A DNA stretch of 20,000 bases. Origin: an uncultured virus (IMG/VR IMGVR_UViG_3300042887_002641) (Duplodnaviria; Heunggongvirae; Uroviricota; Caudoviricetes). The stretch is from positions 54,913 to 74,912 of the IMG/VR virus record IMGVR_UViG_3300042887_002641; one strand, 5' to 3'. The translations under genes and the position numbers were made by a program. Every line of letters starts with the position of its first letter. Within the stretch, counting starts at the first letter, position 1. Positions 8,035 to 16,508 of this stretch are shown piece by piece. The notes beneath the pieces were generated by a model. It was not told the DNA's origin and made no database searches. It saw only the letters and a program-made list of their open reading frames with translations.

Positions 8035-9114
8035 ATGTTTTTCAACTATAAAAATTGCACATTTAAGCTAAGTGGCGTAGACATACTAGCCACTAATGTA
8101 AATATGTCTCTTGATTCAAGTAACACTCCTGTTTATAATGAAGAATTTAAAAAGAACTCTTATACATATTCTCCAGAAGATACAGTAGATACAAGTTTTT
8201 CTATTTCTTATTACTTGACAGGAAAAGACTTTGTTAAGGAATATCTTTTAGGCGCAAATTCTGAGCAGGGTATTTCTGGAAATTTTTGTGGTCTATATTT
8301 CCAAAGTGGTTACGTTACAAGCTATTCTATAAAAGGGTCTCCAGATTCTTTAGCTAAAGTAGATCTTGAGCTTAAAGTTTTTGAAACATTAAAAGGCTCT
8401 TTTTCTCCTACTGCCCCGGCCAATGTGCCAGAAATTACACCCTTAAATTTTTCAAATTTTTATCTGTCTGGAAATCTAGATGGTACTGCTTTTGATTCTA
8501 ACGGTTATAATTTTACAAATTTTAGCTATCAATACCAAAGAGAGGTCCAGAAGTACAATAAAGAAGGAGCTTCTACTTTTGATCAAAGCGGTAGGGCTTA
8601 TCTTGGAAAGAGGTCTCAATCGGTTTCTTTTGAGATAGATAACTTTAATGTTTCTCTCCCATATTCTGGAGTTCCTTGCGACTTTTATATTTCGCTTCAA
8701 ACAGGGGCAGTTCCTCTTGATACATTGTCTTTTGCGGGAATAATTTCCTCTAAAAGATCTTCTGTCGAGTCTCAAGGATACATAAGATCTGAGTTTTCTT
8801 TAAAACAAGACTTCTCGCATTTTAGACCAGCAATAACTGATTTCACTCCAAGAGTTATATTGCCCGGAGCCACCGTGACAATAAATGGAAGTAATTTTAT
8901 AAACGTTAAAAGGATTCTTTTTGGAAACACAGAGGCAGCTTCTTTTACTCCGGTTTCTACTTCTTTGCTTACTGCGGTTGCTCCTACAAGTTTAAAAGGT
9001 GCTGCTGCTATTTTCATAGAGACAGAAGAGACGACTTCTTCTTCTATTTTTAACTTTAAAACAAGTGTATCTGTTAATGATATAAGATTATCTACGCAGT
9101 TTCAAGGATTATAA
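8035..9114 (+). CDS. Putative tail-tube-fold virion protein, paralog 3, with C-terminal IPT/TIG (Ig-like) domain
   Basis: ILATNVNMSL..NTPVY; GLYFQSGYVTSYSI; C-terminal PAITDFTPRVILPGATVTINGSNFINVKRILFG...VSTSLLTAVAP is a typical IPT/TIG pattern. Confidence 0.6.
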   Translation: MFFNYKNCTFKLSGVDILATNVNMSLDSSNTPVYNEEFKKNSYTYSPEDTVDTSFSISYYLTGKDFVKEYLLGANSEQGISGNFCGLYFQSGYVTSYSIKGSPDSLAKVDLELKVFETLKGSFSPTAPANVPEITPLNFSNFYLSGNLDGTAFDSNGYNFTNFSYQYQREVQKYNKEGASTFDQSGRAYLGKRSQSVSFEIDNFNVSLPYSGVPCDFYISLQTGAVPLDTLSFAGIISSKRSSVESQGYIRSEFSLKQDFSHFRPAITDFTPRVILPGATVTINGSNFINVKRILFGNTEAASFTPVSTSLLTAVAPTSLKGAAAIFIETEETTSSSIFNFKTSVSVNDIRLSTQFQGL

Positions 9115-9115
9115 T

Positions 9116-12100
9116 ATGCCAAGCTACAATACAGGTTTAATAAATCAAAAGATGCGCGTCACGGGCGCGGGTCTTTATGCAGTAAGTGGATTGCAGCTTC
9201 CCGGTGCTGGCTTCATTGATTTTTCTTATTACGACGCTTCACCAGAATATATTGAATTTAACGTTCCAGAAAATGTAGCTTTTGGTCAGGCTAAATTTTA
9301 TTTTATTACTGGAAATTCGGTCTCTTCTCCAATGTATGTAAGTGGAGTAGACTTTTTTCCAATACCAAGATTGGATGCCATAATACCACAAACACAAGAG
9401 GTTGGTCAATTTGTTGCAGTAAGTGGCAAATCATTAAGTGGCGTACAATATGTATCCTTTAATAATATCACTGGAACAAATCTATCTTATCAACCAGATA
9501 GCGGCGTTCTATTAGTTAAGGTTCCAAGTGGTTATACAACAGGTCCAATTAGAGTTAGCGGTTATAATAATACTGGAATAGTTTCCGTAGCTAGTGATTT
9601 TAATTTTTATGGTCGCATTTATATAAGTGGATTTAGTGATAATCTGCCATATGAAGGAGACATACTTAGAATATCTGGAAATAATTTTAACTTGTCTTAT
9701 GTAAATCAAAGCTACTTCCCTGTCAACTTTACTACTTCTGTAGACAATGGAGTTACTGGATTTGTGACTGCTCCTTTTACTGGAGGTGGAGATATTATTT
9801 CGGGCGTTGTTCCTGTAAATGCTAATGCTGGATTTGTAACAATAAATTCAAAAGACGACACTACTTTTACTTCCAGAAATCAAATAACTGTTCTTAAAGC
9901 TCCTGTTGTATTTAATGCTTTAAATTACTATTTAAATTCTGGACAATCTAATATTGCCATCGGTAAAAACTTTAATTACGCTACTGGAATTACTCTAAGC
10001 GGACTAAACTATAGACAACCAAAAACTATATTAAATAGCGGAGTTAGAAGTTCTCAAGTTGGGCTTTTTGGTAGATCTTTACTGTTTAGCGGAAGTTCTT
10101 ATCTGCAAATTCCTTCTCCTTCTGGTGGTGATTTTAGTTTTGGAGCAGATCCATTTACTATAGAATTTTCAGTTAATCCATTGCCATACACTTCAACTCC
10201 AAGAATTGATATGTTCCAAGATCAAGGATGGGATGGAAATGGTTTTTATTTTTATAAAGCTGCTGCAAGCACTAATTGGACATTTTACGCTAGTAATTCA
10301 GCTAAAGCTACAATTGCGACTTCTTTGATTCCAGCAAATCAATGGACTAAAGTAATAATATCTAGAACTTCTGCAAATGGTGATACATTTGTGGCAATAA
10401 GCGGTACTAATAGGCAATCTTTTTCTACTGTTTCTGCTGGAACTCCTTATACAATAACAGCGGGTAGCGGCTTATTTATTGGAACTCATAATACGGGTTC
10501 TTATGGAGCTTATGGAGTAAATCCATTTTCTGGATATATAGAAGATTTCAGAATTATTAAAGGTGCTGGATTATATAGTTCTATTGGTCAAGTAATGACT
10601 GGTTCTGGATTATTTGATACTCAAAATACAGTTATATTGCTGCAAGGTAATTATTCTGATTATGATTATAGAGGAGATAGAACTCAACTATCTAAGATTA
10701 GAGACATATCTGGTTATGTAGAAGATTACAATTATGGACTTTATAACAAGGTATTTCCAATCTCTGCTTTTGTAAAAAACTCTGTTGGTTCTAGTTTAAC
10801 TTTTACTGGAACGAATGCTGATGCTGGATGTTACGATATTACGATAAAAAATTCAGGAGGAAGAGACTTCTTGTTTAAGAATTTTGAAATAATAAAAGCA
10901 GATCCAATGATAAAAAATGTTTCTACATTTGAAAATTACATTGGCGGTTCAGTAGAAATCATTGGTCACAATATGTATCCAGAAACGCAAATTCTTTTCC
11001 AAGACACTGGAGACGCTAATTCATTAGTTGAGGCTACAGAAAATTCAAATAGCTATTCTTATCAATCGACATTTAGAAACGCAAAAGATTTAACAGCTTC
11101 TAGCTCTGTAAGAATAAGCAACAATACGTCAAAATATGACGACAGAAGCTTCTTATTTTCTGGAAGCCCCGGACCATACATTAAGTTTTCTATTACTGGT
11201 CAATCTCCAAACATTCCTTTAAGCTATGGAAACACTTTTGCAGTGGAGTTAGACTTTAGACCATTGGCTAGTTTTTCTTCTTCAGATAAAAAATTCTTGA
11301 TAGGTAGTCAAAGTGGATTAAATGTCTTTGTCACTTCTAATCAATTAGTCGTGTCTGGTATTGATTGGGATGGATTTAATTCAAACTTTTCTGGACAAAT
11401 AAATACAAGCGACTGGAATCGACTTTCAATTTGTAAGAGCTACTTTAATAGAAGCAGTATTAGTGGAAAGATATTATTGAATGGCGCACCAATTAATTTA
11501 TCTGGAATTAATTACAATTTGAACTTTGCTACTTCTAATCTTGATTTTAGTTTAAATGCCGACAAGAGTTTAACAAATCCAGTTTTTGATATTTATATTG
11601 GAAGAGATTATGCAAATACTCCTGCTAATTATTGGAGCGGTTATATAGATGAAGTTAGAGTTGTAAGAGAAAATCCTTATCAATATTCTAATTTTGCTCC
11701 TATTAGGAGAGCCAGAAATAATTCAAATACAGAGGTTTTAATTCATGCAAATGCTGACTTAATAGATGATAACGTTAGGACTTTCGGTTATTTAAGTCTT
11801 AATACTCCTAACTTATCTTCAACTAGAAAAACTAATTTAGTATTAGATAACACATATTCTAGAATTACTGGTGGGTTTGATAAACAATTCACATTCCTTA
11901 AAACTCCAACAATAACAGGAATATATCCCGCATTATTAACCCAAGGTCAGCCAGCAACTGGATACGGAAGCGACATCTACTATGTAGGTTCAATTAACAT
12001 AGGAAGTTATCCTGTTAGCAATTATACTATATCTCAAGATGGTTCAGAGTTTTCTCAAAGAATAGTATTTACTGTTCCTGATTTTGCTCAAAGCGGCGAT

Positions 12101-14626
12101 TCTCTTTCTATCAATTCTAATTACTATAATTATACTTATCCAAGTGGTTTGCCTATAGCGAGCGGAACTCTTGTTGTAGATGGATTTTCTCCAATAACTG
12201 GGGTCGCAAATACTTTAATTACCCTATCTGGAAAATTTTTAAATACAGTTACTTCTATAGAACTAGGCAGACAAGATGGTGCTTACAAGGTAATTACAGC
12301 TTTTAGAAGGCAAAGCATTAGCGGATTAAGCTTTTTCATTCCTCAAGTTTATGATATTACAGATGGTCCAATAGTTGTTAATGGTAGTACAAGAGTAACT
12401 ACGACAGATTCTTTAACTTTTATTAACCCTATTATCTCAAAAATAACTCCAAACTCTGCTTATTTTAATGATTCAATAACTCTGTCTGGTAGTAATTTAA
12501 GTAGTCTTGATTTTTATGGCGTTGGATTTAATAATGAAATAATAAAATATCCTCATGTTGTAGCTCCTACTTCAACTGGAGCTTTGATAAGAGTGCCGAG
12601 AGATGTAAAGAAAGGGGTTTTTAGATTTTTTAATTCAGGCACCACTGTTGAAATAAAAGGATTTTCTCCTTCATTTAATCCAAGCACAACTGTTTCTGGT
12701 TCAAATACTGATACTTATAGAACTAGAGATATTATATTAGTTACAGGAATCAATGCTCATAATTTTCAAACAAGAGACCTTTACATTAGTGGATTTAATA
12801 ATCTAACAAATAAAACAGGTCAGTATTTAATTTCTCAAGCAATGTCAGTTGCTGACATCTCTACCCTTTCTGGATTAGCTCAACCTTATACTGGATACTC
12901 TATTCTTTCTGGAAATTTAAATATTGTATCAGACGTTTCTTCTCAAATACCTGACTTAGGATTGCTACTCAGTGGTTCAGATACGATTGGCATTGGAACC
13001 ACAGTAAGTTCAAATAGTTACATAACTTTAGATGGATATGTTGGAAGTGGTCAGATATTTTTCCAAAGAAATAGCTTTGATGCAGATAACATGTACAAAA
13101 CTATCACAATTAAAGCTCCATCTATTTCTACTTCATCTTTAAACATTCTAACAGGTACATATAGATCACTAATTACTTTAACTGGAGAAAATCTTAATTA
13201 TGTAACAGGAATTAAATTTGAGGGAGTTGGTACTCTTGCTAGAGGAGCTTCTGGAGCAATAGCTACGTCTTTCCCTTATTTAGCAGTTAATTATAAATCA
13301 GGAATAACAGTAGTAACTGATTCTAGAGACTTAAATAGTAGTGTTATTTATAAAGATTATGGTCAGTTAAAATTCTATCCTCCATCAATGGCAGGAAAGA
13401 ATTTACATGGCAAAGACGTAGAAGACATAAGGCCAATCTCTGGAATGTTCTATCTCCAAACTTATTTAGGAGAAGAGTATCCTGTTACTGGTAATTTTAA
13501 TTATATTCCATTCATCTCAATCAATGACGCTTATCTAAACAATAACTTAACATATAGACTAGATGGAACAACTCAGGTTAGCGGATGGGATGGCTCTGTT
13601 ATTACTTTCAATGGTGAAGGAGTTAGGTATTTGACTGGTGTTAACTTTTTTACAAAAGTAAATGGAGTGCTAGTAGAAAATTTCCCAACAGTCTTCCAAT
13701 TTAATAAAAAACAGGCAAAGATAAATTTCTTTAATTCTGCTGGCGGAAATATTACTGGATACAGTATTATTAGTGGAGGTGCTGGTTATGCATCATCTGC
13801 AATATCAATAGGCTTTACAGATGGAGGAGCAGGAGTTCCAACTGCAAACGCTTTAGTTTCTTTCATGCCTCCATATGTTGGTCAAGTTACAGGAGTAGAT
13901 ATAATATTTAATCCAACTTCTTCTACTCCAAATTTCTGGCAAGGCAATAACGCTATAGTATCAAATCCTTCTTCTGGGTTTATATTAAAAAATCCACCTG
14001 CGAACTTAATTTTTTCTGGAAACAACTTTGCTGCACAAAGTGGAGATGGTTCTAAATACTATGCTTATTATAGCCCGTCAGTTACGTTTCCATTGGATAA
14101 CGGTTTCGTGGTTGGTGAAAAACTAGACATGAGATTAGCTAACTATGGAGCAGTTTATGAAACAACAGATCAGCCATTTTTAACTATTCAAAATCCAAAT
14201 AACTTCGCAAGAATAGCTGATATTATTTTAACGGGTAATCAATATGTTGGTAAAAATAATTTAACACTTAGATATGATGAGATTTATTCTAATGACGATG
14301 CTGATTTTAATAGCATGGATTTACAATTAAAAACCTCAATCCTTTATCCCACTGGGTATAACGGAAAGAGGTTTATGCTTACCACAACTAAACCTTCCAA
14401 GAATGGAAAATATTTAAGAGTAGATTTTTCTACCAATATTCCTCCGTCTGGAGATTACGTCATTGCAAATGATCCAATTGACTCTAAATACTTAAAACTT
14501 AGAATTGAAACTATTAATTCAGAAGCTTCTCTATTTAAAGGATTAGGAACAGTAAGCTCTTCAAGTAAAATATTTGCAGGTTCAGTAGGAGCAGGTTCTA
14601 GCTCGCCCGGAATCGGAGTTTCTTAA
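9116..14626 (+). CDS. Large virion/tail-associated adhesin-like protein (1836 aa): multiple IPT/TIG repeats and two LamG/concanavalin-like domains
   Basis: Repeated P-x-I-x-x-[IF]-x-P...G...I-x-G-x-N-[FL] units. LamG motifs SLLFSGSSYL...FTIEF...FSGYIEDFRI and FLFSG...WSGYIDEVRV. GNITGYSIISGGAGY...GQVTGVDI unit near the C-terminus. Confidence 0.8.
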   Translation: MPSYNTGLINQKMRVTGAGLYAVSGLQLPGAGFIDFSYYDASPEYIEFNVPENVAFGQAKFYFITGNSVSSPMYVSGVDFFPIPRLDAIIPQTQEVGQFVAVSGKSLSGVQYVSFNNITGTNLSYQPDSGVLLVKVPSGYTTGPIRVSGYNNTGIVSVASDFNFYGRIYISGFSDNLPYEGDILRISGNNFNLSYVNQSYFPVNFTTSVDNGVTGFVTAPFTGGGDIISGVVPVNANAGFVTINSKDDTTFTSRNQITVLKAPVVFNALNYYLNSGQSNIAIGKNFNYATGITLSGLNYRQPKTILNSGVRSSQVGLFGRSLLFSGSSYLQIPSPSGGDFSFGADPFTIEFSVNPLPYTSTPRIDMFQDQGWDGNGFYFYKAAASTNWTFYASNSAKATIATSLIPANQWTKVIISRTSANGDTFVAISGTNRQSFSTVSAGTPYTITAGSGLFIGTHNTGSYGAYGVNPFSGYIEDFRIIKGAGLYSSIGQVMTGSGLFDTQNTVILLQGNYSDYDYRGDRTQLSKIRDISGYVEDYNYGLYNKVFPISAFVKNSVGSSLTFTGTNADAGCYDITIKNSGGRDFLFKNFEIIKADPMIKNVSTFENYIGGSVEIIGHNMYPETQILFQDTGDANSLVEATENSNSYSYQSTFRNAKDLTASSSVRISNNTSKYDDRSFLFSGSPGPYIKFSITGQSPNIPLSYGNTFAVELDFRPLASFSSSDKKFLIGSQSGLNVFVTSNQLVVSGIDWDGFNSNFSGQINTSDWNRLSICKSYFNRSSISGKILLNGAPINLSGINYNLNFATSNLDFSLNADKSLTNPVFDIYIGRDYANTPANYWSGYIDEVRVVRENPYQYSNFAPIRRARNNSNTEVLIHANADLIDDNVRTFGYLSLNTPNLSSTRKTNLVLDNTYSRITGGFDKQFTFLKTPTITGIYPALLTQGQPATGYGSDIYYVGSINIGSYPVSNYTISQDGSEFSQRIVFTVPDFAQSGDSLSINSNYYNYTYPSGLPIASGTLVVDGFSPITGVANTLITLSGKFLNTVTSIELGRQDGAYKVITAFRRQSISGLSFFIPQVYDITDGPIVVNGSTRVTTTDSLTFINPIISKITPNSAYFNDSITLSGSNLSSLDFYGVGFNNEIIKYPHVVAPTSTGALIRVPRDVKKGVFRFFNSGTTVEIKGFSPSFNPSTTVSGSNTDTYRTRDIILVTGINAHNFQTRDLYISGFNNLTNKTGQYLISQAMSVADISTLSGLAQPYTGYSILSGNLNIVSDVSSQIPDLGLLLSGSDTIGIGTTVSSNSYITLDGYVGSGQIFFQRNSFDADNMYKTITIKAPSISTSSLNILTGTYRSLITLTGENLNYVTGIKFEGVGTLARGASGAIATSFPYLAVNYKSGITVVTDSRDLNSSVIYKDYGQLKFYPPSMAGKNLHGKDVEDIRPISGMFYLQTYLGEEYPVTGNFNYIPFISINDAYLNNNLTYRLDGTTQVSGWDGSVITFNGEGVRYLTGVNFFTKVNGVLVENFPTVFQFNKKQAKINFFNSAGGNITGYSIISGGAGYASSAISIGFTDGGAGVPTANALVSFMPPYVGQVTGVDIIFNPTSSTPNFWQGNNAIVSNPSSGFILKNPPANLIFSGNNFAAQSGDGSKYYAYYSPSVTFPLDNGFVVGEKLDMRLANYGAVYETTDQPFLTIQNPNNFARIADIILTGNQYVGKNNLTLRYDEIYSNDDADFNSMDLQLKTSILYPTGYNGKRFMLTTTKPSKNGKYLRVDFSTNIPPSGDYVIANDPIDSKYLKLRIETINSEASLFKGLGTVSSSSKIFAGSVGAGSSSPGIGVS

Positions 14627-15325
14627 TTACTTAAGCTTTTGAATTCTTTCAATCAATTCAAAGATTTTAATCTTTGGAATGTCAGCTATTGACATAAGAG
14701 AATCAGCGTTAGTATAGTTTTCTTTAATCAATTTTTCTTTAAGCTTCGTAAAAGTAACGCTCTTCTCTTTCATTACTTTTTCAAGAATAGCATGAGGCTC
14801 AAAGATGGCTGAAGACTCGGCGGAATCATCAACAACATTGTTCTTCGACTTGCCAATTTCATCTTGACCAACGATGTTGATCTTTAAGAAGTTTCGGACG
14901 CAGCGAATAAACGCTCTATTTTCGGCAATTGGACCCAAGAAATGACGAGCAAAGTCCTTAGTGTTACCGGGAGAAGCATCTCCAATAGAAGAAAATGTAA
15001 TGCAATTTCCTTCTGTTTCATAGTTTGAAATCCAGTCTATTTTACAAACTGCTACTACATAGTCTGAACTTGGAGAGGTTACGGTGTAATCAACAGAGTG
15101 AAATCCTCTAAGTTGTGCTACATATTTAATTCCAGCTAGAAGGATGAGTAGATCTTTATCTTCTAGCTTAGTAACATCAGTTTCATTGGTCTTATCCCTG
15201 TTTGGAACAAGGAATTCTGGCTTGATCATTTTTCGCCAGTTAATAGAACCGTCATCATTAAAGTGATATTCTACACCTTCAATGAGACCTTCAGAGGAAC
15301 GAACAAGTTTCTTTACAGTATTCAC
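14627..15325 (-). CDS. Putative single-strand DNA annealing protein (Rad52/Sak-like), GTG start
   Basis: LLILLAGIKYVAQLRG...VVAVCKI...FSSIGDASPGN...IAENRAFIRCVRNFLKI...DEI resembles the AE-x-RA-xx-R helix of Rad52/22-family phage annealases; lies in the replication block. Confidence 0.5.
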   Translation of the reverse strand: MNTVKKLVRSSEGLIEGVEYHFNDDGSINWRKMIKPEFLVPNRDKTNETDVTKLEDKDLLILLAGIKYVAQLRGFHSVDYTVTSPSSDYVVAVCKIDWISNYETEGNCITFSSIGDASPGNTKDFARHFLGPIAENRAFIRCVRNFLKINIVGQDEIGKSKNNVVDDSAESSAIFEPHAILEKVMKEKSVTFTKLKEKLIKENYTNADSLMSIADIPKIKIFELIERIQKLK

Positions 15326-15331
15326 ATAGAT

Positions 15332-15360
15332 ATACTATGCCGAAACTGCGGACTTATCAA
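15332..15360 (-). promoter_or_regulatory. Sigma70-type promoter TTGATA-N17-TAGTAT, probably giving a leaderless transcript
   Basis: -35 at 15360-15355, 17-nt spacer, -10 at 15337-15332, GTG start 6 nt further on at 15325. Confidence 0.6.
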
Positions 15361-16507
15361 CTCTAAAAATCCAGAAATTCTCAACCTCTTTCCAGAACTC
15401 TGGACAGTCGATAACGGGTTCAGCAAGCTGCTTTGCTTCAATTCCATTTTTTAAAGAAGATTCACTCAAGTAAACTTTGCCATTACTAATTAATCTCTTG
15501 TTTGATTTATAGAAAGCGTTGGAAGTATATTCGATGCCAGTTTTCTTTTTTAGATTAATTGGCATTTGAGTAATATGCTCTTGTTCAAGGTATTTAAGTT
15601 TAATTTCTTCTAATTCCTTGCCTTCTAAATAAGTAAACAATTGATAAGAAATATTACTAGATGCTAAAAAGTCTGCAAATCCTATGTTGTTGTTTTCTTT
15701 AATTTCGTAAAAAATTCTTCCAATATTATTTTTATTATTAATAATAATATTTGGATCAATAGGTTTGTCTGTGATTATAAAGCATTGACAAACTTGAAGC
15801 TGTTCGTTGAGGAATTTCTCGTTATGCTCCAAGTCCATTCTAACAACAATATTATTAGAATTAAACTGTTTTGGGTTTACAATTTGATTAGGCACCATTT
15901 CTAATCTCATGTTATTGTATTCGGTGCCGAAATAAAGAGTTTGGATAGAGTTGTTATGAGGGATGCCTAGTAATTTTAGAATACTATTAGCAATATGCTC
16001 TGGCTTTATTGAATTGATTGTTTTGGGATTCTCCTCAAAAGAAAACGTTGGCTTGTTAGTCCTCTTCGGCTCAAGCAAAATATGGTCTTTAGGGTCTCCG
16101 AAGAAAGGCTTCACGCAATTGATGTAGTTATTGGAATACAATGCTACAATCTTTTTACCATAACCAGAAGCAATATGAGTAGGGAAGCTATCTGCTCCAA
16201 AATGAAGAAGTGAGTCTTTTAGAACGAAAGCTGTTTGATTAATATTAGTTAATCCAACAAAACTTAGAACATTGCTGTAAACCTTTTCTTTGTCTTGTCC
16301 AAGCTGGATAATTTTTATTCCTTTTTCATTTAGAATAGGAAAAATAAGATTAACTACTTCCTGCCAATAATCATAAGTCTTTGAAGGCTTAGAGCTTGGA
16401 TGAAAAGTGATATATTTGTCAGCGGTAACAGGAAAAAATTTTTCGTAGATATAAGGCTTCTTAATCTTAACTCCAGAAGCTAGAGAATATTGCTCTAAAA
16501 GGTGCAT
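15335..16507 (-). CDS. GT9 (heptosyltransferase-like) C-terminal Rossmann half plus unknown C-terminal domain
   Basis: YITFHPSS..SKTYDYWQEV...IIQLG...VGLTNINQTAFVL...HFGADSFPTHIASGYGKKIVALY matches the GT9 DSG-x-x-H-x-A region; no N-terminal IGD motif. Confidence 0.75.
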   Translation of the reverse strand: MHLLEQYSLASGVKIKKPYIYEKFFPVTADKYITFHPSSKPSKTYDYWQEVVNLIFPILNEKGIKIIQLGQDKEKVYSNVLSFVGLTNINQTAFVLKDSLLHFGADSFPTHIASGYGKKIVALYSNNYINCVKPFFGDPKDHILLEPKRTNKPTFSFEENPKTINSIKPEHIANSILKLLGIPHNNSIQTLYFGTEYNNMRLEMVPNQIVNPKQFNSNNIVVRMDLEHNEKFLNEQLQVCQCFIITDKPIDPNIIINNKNNIGRIFYEIKENNNIGFADFLASSNISYQLFTYLEGKELEEIKLKYLEQEHITQMPINLKKKTGIEYTSNAFYKSNKRLISNGKVYLSESSLKNGIEAKQLAEPVIDCPEFWKEVENFWIFRVDKSAVSA

Positions 16508-16508
16508 A

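Noticed and set aside
6034..9709. Short ORFs 6034..6318 (+), 6338..6559 (-), 8476..8775 (-), 8772..9017 (-), 9512..9709 (-)
   Set aside because: Overlap longer genes on the opposite strand; 6338..6559 also runs across the divergent promoter spacer.
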